Source: Candidatus Taenaricola geysiri (GTDB lineage Bacteria; Omnitrophota; Gorgyraeia; Taenaricolales; Taenaricolaceae). From it: a stretch of DNA of 36,595 bases. Below the pieces are notes generated by a model. It was not told the origin of the DNA. It saw only the letters and a program-made list of their open reading frames with translations, and made no database searches. The translations under genes were made by a program, and so were the position numbers. The stretch is from the NCBI GenBank assembly GCA_002781985.1, contig PFGP01000125.1:1-36595 (forward strand), in the 5' to 3' direction. Positions 32,053 through 36,595 of this stretch are shown piece after piece (within the stretch, counting starts at the first letter, position 1; each line of letters starts with the position of its first letter).

Positions 32053-32730
32053 ATGGAAGAGAAAAAGCAGGCAGCACAGCAGCCTTCACCAAAAAAGAGA
32101 AACGATTCAGTTATTTTAATTATATTGGCTGGGATATTAATAGTTATTTTTGCTTTTATGGTTGCTAAATTGTTGAATACAAGCAAGGCCTCAAAGACAG
32201 AATCGAAAACCGTGCAAGCTTCCGAACCTGCTGTGCAAGAAAAAGTGATGCCTTATCCTGAAGAGCCAGTATCTATGCCTGATGCAGATATAACCGAAGG
32301 CGAGGCTGATATGGAGCAGCTGCCTGCAGAATACGCAAAGGCGCCAAGCGATGCGGAAGGTTTTTTTCAGACAGGAGAAGATCTTTATTACAAAGGGGAT
32401 TTTGATGCGGCAATAGAGAGTTTTAAAAAGGCAATCGAGCTTGACTCGCAATATGCTGACGCGTATTGCGAGATGGGCGTTTCATTTATGGAAAAAGCCG
32501 ATTGGGATACTGCTATAGCCCAGCTTAACAAGTGTATAGAAATAAACCCGAATCAACCAAAGGCGCAGTATGCAATAGCGGTTAGCTACGCCAGAAAACC
32601 AAGCCCTGATGTTGCGGCTGCAAGAGAGCATTTTGAGATATCAAAAAAATTAGGTTTTGTTTATCCGCAATGGTTTGAGGATTTTTTAAAGCGCCTTGAA
32701 GCAGGCGAGCGCTTCCCAGGTCAAAACTAG
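32053..32730 (+). CDS. Membrane-anchored TPR-repeat protein
   Basis: 225 aa with one N-terminal TM helix, an acidic linker and about three TPR units (AIESFKKAIELDSQYADAYCEMG...AIAQLNKCIEINPNQPKAQYAIA). Confidence 0.75.
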   Translation: MEEKKQAAQQPSPKKRNDSVILIILAGILIVIFAFMVAKLLNTSKASKTESKTVQASEPAVQEKVMPYPEEPVSMPDADITEGEADMEQLPAEYAKAPSDAEGFFQTGEDLYYKGDFDAAIESFKKAIELDSQYADAYCEMGVSFMEKADWDTAIAQLNKCIEINPNQPKAQYAIAVSYARKPSPDVAAAREHFEISKKLGFVYPQWFEDFLKRLEAGERFPGQN

Positions 32731-32740
32731 TAGAAATGCG

Positions 32741-32787
32741 TTGTAACATATTGTTATATAATGAGTTAAAACGTGGTGCCTGGCACC
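32741..32787 (+). repeat. 47-bp palindrome-ended repeat, copy D (solo)
   Basis: TTGTAAC (32741-32747), an 18-nt spacer, TTAAAACGT, then GGTGCCTGGCACC (32775-32787). It ends 13 nt before the RND ATG. Confidence 0.8.
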
Positions 32788-32800
32788 GAGAAAAAAAGAT

Positions 32801-35800
32801 ATGTCGTTACCCGATTTTTCGCTAAGACGGCCTATAACAGTCATAATGGTTTTTATAGGCGTAATTCTGCTGGGGTTTATCTCATGGAGCCGCCTTCCGC
32901 AGGAGCTTTTTCCTCCTATTACCTATCCGCAGCTTACCGTAGTTACCACATATAAAGACGCAGCCCCCGAAGAAATAGAAATACTAGTCACGAAACCCTT
33001 AGAAGAAACCATAGGCACAGTAAGCGGCCTAAAGCGCATAAGCTCTGCCTCCAAGGAAGAGACTTCTATAATAACCGCGGAATTCAACTGGGGCACAAAT
33101 ATGGATTTCGCTGCCCTTGGCGTAAGAGAAAAGATAGATCTTGTAAAAGAACGCCTGCCAAGGGGCTCTGAAGAGCCGGTTGTAATGAAATACAATCCGT
33201 TTGATCTGCCGGTTATGGTTTTAAATATTACATCGGACCTGCCGCCTGCTGAGGCAATGCAGTTTGTGCGCAAGGTTATAAAAAACGAGCTTGAAAAAAC
33301 AGACGGCGTGGCAGTAGTGCAGCTCTCAGGCGGAAGGGAGCGCGAGATACTTGTTGAGGTGGATCAGGGCCGGCTTCAGGCAGCCGGCATTTCTGTTGTT
33401 GCTTTGAGCGAGGCCTTAAACAAGGCAAACCTTAATTACCCGGCAGGCACTATAGAGGAATCTTTTTATGAATACCTGATAAGGACCATAGGAGAGTTTA
33501 AGGCGGTAAATGAAATAAGAGACGTCCCTGTTGTTGTGGACGAGATACCTGTCAACCCCAGAGAAGAAAATCCTCAGGAGCAGGGTATCCGGCCGCCAAA
33601 AGACAAAAAAACCGAAAAGAGGCTCATCCTTATAAAAGATGTCGCGGTAGTGAAAGATACGCTGCGGGAGCGTTCCAGTATATCAAGGTATAACGGCAAA
33701 GATAATATTTCCATTTCAGTAATAAAACAGGCAGGCGCTAATACTATCTGGGTCGCCAATAATGTCAGAGAGACAATCGGAGAATTAAAAGCCAGCATGC
33801 CTGCTCATGTAAAACTTAATATTGCATATGATCAGTCAAAATTTATAAAAGGCGCTGTTGGCGGCGTAAGAGATGCCGCTGTGCAAGGTGGATTTCTGGC
33901 GTTTATAGTGCTTTATATGTTTTTACGGCGATTCAGTTCGTCTCTGATAGTTACCGCCAGTATTCCGATATCCATACTTGGCGTATTCAGCTTGATGTAT
34001 TTTTCAAATATATCGCTTAATATGATTTCTTTAGGCGGCTTAGCGCTTGGCGTGGGCATGCTCGTAGATAACGCCATTGTTGTTATGGAGAATATTTCAC
34101 GCTACAAGGAGGCCGGTAAAAATCCAAAGGATGCCAGTGTTGCCGGCGCTAAAGAAGTGGGTTCTGCGATAACAGGCTCTACGCTGACAACAGTAGCGGT
34201 GTTTCTGCCGATGGTATTTGTTATCGGCGTTGCCGGCCAGTTATTTAAGGAGCTTGCATTTACAGTGGTAGCGTCATTAATGGTTTCATTGATTGTGGCC
34301 TTGACATTGATCCCTATAATGGTGTCAAAAGAAGCGCTTAATAAATCAAAAAATAATATACTGCCGGTTTCATTTAAAAAGTATCTGGCGCTTACTGAAA
34401 CGTTTTTTGTTAAATTAAGTTTATCGGTTAAAGAATCTGTTTTGTTTATCAAACTCAAAGAAGCGCTTTCCCTTGAGAACGCGAAAAGGGTTGTATCTTC
34501 GTCGTTGAGATTTTTCCTAAAGCACAGGATAATATGCCTGCTCTTGGTTTTTCTTGTATTTTTCATCAGCATATTTTTTCTGATAAATATGGATTGGGAA
34601 TTATTGCCAAGGGTTGATCAGGGCCAGTTTATAATCAAGGTTGACCTGCCTCCCGGCACACGGCTTGAGGTAACGGATTCGGTAGTCAAAAAAATAGAGA
34701 AAGAGCTTTTTTCTCTGCCTGAGGTAAGCGATATAACGGTTACTATAGGCTCAAGCAGGGAAAAGATCTCAGAAGGCCCTATGATAGAGACGCTTGGGTC
34801 GAATCAGTCACAGATTATGGTTTTACTTAAATCTTTGGCAGCGTATAAAAAGACAAAATATCCGCTGTTACAGTTTTTGATTGAACCTTTTTCCGTTAAA
34901 GACCCAAAGAAGGTCCGCACTCGTTCAACAGGCGAAGTGCTGCAGAGTTTGAAATCGTCTCTTGAAAAAGACAATCTTTTCGGCGCCGATGTCCAATATA
35001 TATTACAAGAAAGCGTTTTTCAGAATGCCTTTAGTAACGCCGCGCCTGTGGTTATAGAAATAAAGGGGCATGACCTGTTGAAAATAAAGGCCATATCCGA
35101 CGATGTTGAAAAGAACCTGGAAAAAATAAAAGGCGTCTATAGCGTAAGGTCTTCTTTTATAAAGCCCGCGCCCGAAGCAAAGGTATATGTCAAAAAAGAC
35201 AGGGCAGCCGCTTATAACCTGTCGGTAAGCGATATTGCCCTTACTTCGCAGACAGCCATGAAAGGCTATGTTGCCACAAAATATAAGGAAGCAGGCAGGG
35301 AAATTGATGTAAGAGTGCGCTTAAGGCCGAAAGACCGTTCCGATATTAATAAGATAAGAAGGCTTCTTGTACATTCGCCGCTTGATATCGACGTGCCTCT
35401 TGCCGAGGTTGCTTATATGAAAATAGGCAAAGGCCCCAGCCAGATACAGCGCCTGGCGCAACAGAGGGTTATAATGGTGTCAGCCGGCATATATAAAAGG
35501 CCATACAAAGAGGTGGTCGAAGATATTAATATTTTTCTCGCCCGGATGAAGTTAAGCCTGCCGCCTGATTACAGCGCAAAACTTACAGGTGAAAATCTGC
35601 AGATGAAAGAGTCGTTTGACAGCCTGCGTTTTGCGCTTATACTTTCTCTGTTTCTGGTTTACATGATTATGGCCGCGGAATTTGAATCGTTGTGGCAGCC
35701 GTTTATAATATTATTTACATTTCCGCTGTCTTTGATAGGCGTATGTTTCGGGTTATGGGTTACAAACACGGCTATTTCTATAATGGTTTTACTGGGCATT

Positions 35801-36541
35801 ATAATCCTGGGAGGCATAGTCGTAAATAACGGCATAGTGCTGGTTGAATATGTGAATCTGCTGCGCGGCCGCGATAATTTTAACCTTCACGACGCGCTTA
35901 TAGAGGCAAGCCAGATGCGGCTTCGGCCTATATTAATGACAGCGCTTACCACTGTGCTAGGCCTTTTACCTTTGGCAATAGGCCTGGCTGAGGGCGCTGA
36001 GATTCAGATTCCGATGGCAGTAACTGTTATGTCCGGTTTGACTATTTCAACTTTTCTGTCTTTAATAGTTATTCCTTTATTATATTTAAGTTTTGAAAAG
36101 TCTCTTGCTGCTGCCATGGGTTTATTTTTCGGCGCGCCACAACAGGTAAGGCTTGAATTTGAACCTGAATATAAGCCCAAACCCAAGCCCGAATATAAGA
36201 CATCAACTATAATACACCTGCCTCACAGGCGCGAGCCTTCGCCGCAGATATCTGCTATAAATCTGCCGCATCAGGAGGAAGCGCCATCTGAGCGCGATGA
36301 AAGCCGCATCTTTTTTAAAGACGTGCTTCCCGATAAATACAAGTCTATCGAACTTACCGACAGGCAGAAAGAACTTATTTTATATTTAATACAGAATGAC
36401 AGGATAACGCGCCCGGAATATATAATAAAATTTAATGTTTCTGTTGCCACCGCCGCAAGAGATATAAAGGATATGCTTGATAGAGGGCTGATAAAAACAT
36501 GCGGCCCCCAGGCAGTGGGCAGATATTATGAACTCGCCTAA
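32801..36541 (+). CDS. RND efflux permease with internal insertions and a C-terminal winged-HTH domain
   Basis: 1246 aa with AcrB-type motifs (FSLRRPITVIMVF, VDNAIVVMEN, VNNGIVLVEY). About 140 aa follow the last TM helix, ending in LTDRQKELILYLIQNDRITRPEYIIKFNVSVATAARDIKDMLDRGLIKTCGPQAVGRYYELA, which is DeoR/Fic-C-terminal-like wHTH. Confidence 0.9.
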   Translation: MSLPDFSLRRPITVIMVFIGVILLGFISWSRLPQELFPPITYPQLTVVTTYKDAAPEEIEILVTKPLEETIGTVSGLKRISSASKEETSIITAEFNWGTNMDFAALGVREKIDLVKERLPRGSEEPVVMKYNPFDLPVMVLNITSDLPPAEAMQFVRKVIKNELEKTDGVAVVQLSGGREREILVEVDQGRLQAAGISVVALSEALNKANLNYPAGTIEESFYEYLIRTIGEFKAVNEIRDVPVVVDEIPVNPREENPQEQGIRPPKDKKTEKRLILIKDVAVVKDTLRERSSISRYNGKDNISISVIKQAGANTIWVANNVRETIGELKASMPAHVKLNIAYDQSKFIKGAVGGVRDAAVQGGFLAFIVLYMFLRRFSSSLIVTASIPISILGVFSLMYFSNISLNMISLGGLALGVGMLVDNAIVVMENISRYKEAGKNPKDASVAGAKEVGSAITGSTLTTVAVFLPMVFVIGVAGQLFKELAFTVVASLMVSLIVALTLIPIMVSKEALNKSKNNILPVSFKKYLALTETFFVKLSLSVKESVLFIKLKEALSLENAKRVVSSSLRFFLKHRIICLLLVFLVFFISIFFLINMDWELLPRVDQGQFIIKVDLPPGTRLEVTDSVVKKIEKELFSLPEVSDITVTIGSSREKISEGPMIETLGSNQSQIMVLLKSLAAYKKTKYPLLQFLIEPFSVKDPKKVRTRSTGEVLQSLKSSLEKDNLFGADVQYILQESVFQNAFSNAAPVVIEIKGHDLLKIKAISDDVEKNLEKIKGVYSVRSSFIKPAPEAKVYVKKDRAAAYNLSVSDIALTSQTAMKGYVATKYKEAGREIDVRVRLRPKDRSDINKIRRLLVHSPLDIDVPLAEVAYMKIGKGPSQIQRLAQQRVIMVSAGIYKRPYKEVVEDINIFLARMKLSLPPDYSAKLTGENLQMKESFDSLRFALILSLFLVYMIMAAEFESLWQPFIILFTFPLSLIGVCFGLWVTNTAISIMVLLGIIILGGIVVNNGIVLVEYVNLLRGRDNFNLHDALIEASQMRLRPILMTALTTVLGLLPLAIGLAEGAEIQIPMAVTVMSGLTISTFLSLIVIPLLYLSFEKSLAAAMGLFFGAPQQVRLEFEPEYKPKPKPEYKTSTIIHLPHRREPSPQISAINLPHQEEAPSERDESRIFFKDVLPDKYKSIELTDRQKELILYLIQNDRITRPEYIIKFNVSVATAARDIKDMLDRGLIKTCGPQAVGRYYELA

Positions 36542-36543
36542 AT

Positions 36544-36595
36544 ATGGGACTTCCTAAAATATCAATAAATAGGCCTATAGCAGTGCTTATGCTTT
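36544..36595 (+). CDS. Second RND permease, N-terminal 17 codons only (runs off the window)
   Basis: The ATG lies 2 nt after the previous stop. MGLPKISINRPIAVLML matches the conserved RND N-terminus (x-I-x-RP-[IV]-x-x-x-M). Confidence 0.5.
   Translation, partial: MGLPKISINRPIAVLML

Overview
AT-rich (about 40% GC by eye), almost entirely plus-strand-coded chromosomal segment from an anaerobic diderm bacterium; the lineage cannot be assigned from sequence alone. Gene content in order: a permease fragment, dus (the only minus-strand gene), a CspA-family gene with a structured 5' UTR, a polyamine pair (homospermidine synthase plus fold-III ornithine decarboxylase), PiT plus a DUF47/PhoU-like protein, thiM-thiE, an AEC-type permease, a RAYT/IS200-like Y1 transposase, a UvrD/PcrA-like helicase, an unlisted 59-aa tautomerase, a TPP riboswitch plus thi4, and a MarR-OMF-MFP-RND efflux operon. 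Next come a YHS-like secreted metal-binding protein and an Rrf2-headed oxidative/nitrosative-stress island: a 4Fe-4S protein, Nfu, short Hcp, 1Fe-SOR, an FNR-like reductase, a ZIP transporter, an unlisted rubredoxin, a flavodiiron protein, a PNPOx-like protein, a Grx-like protein, a TrxR-like protein and a ferredoxin. The window ends with a second, atypical RND-type cluster: an Arg-rich zinc-ribbon protein, an OMF with a long N-terminal extension, an MFP, a TPR protein, a 1246-aa RND permease ending in a winged-HTH domain, and the start of a second RND permease. Two repeat families are not explained by the genes. (1) Nine same-orientation copies of an 80-110 nt two-hairpin module sit exactly between an upstream stop codon and a downstream Shine-Dalgarno/start codon, and both helices show compensatory base changes. 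I do not recognise this as a named family, and it is the strongest candidate for something undescribed. (2) Five copies of a 47-bp module (TTGTAAC-N18-TTAAAAYGY-GGTGCCTGGCACC) are present; two of them flank the RAYT gene in inverted orientation, which is REP/RAYT-like. No rRNA, tRNA or CRISPR array was seen.
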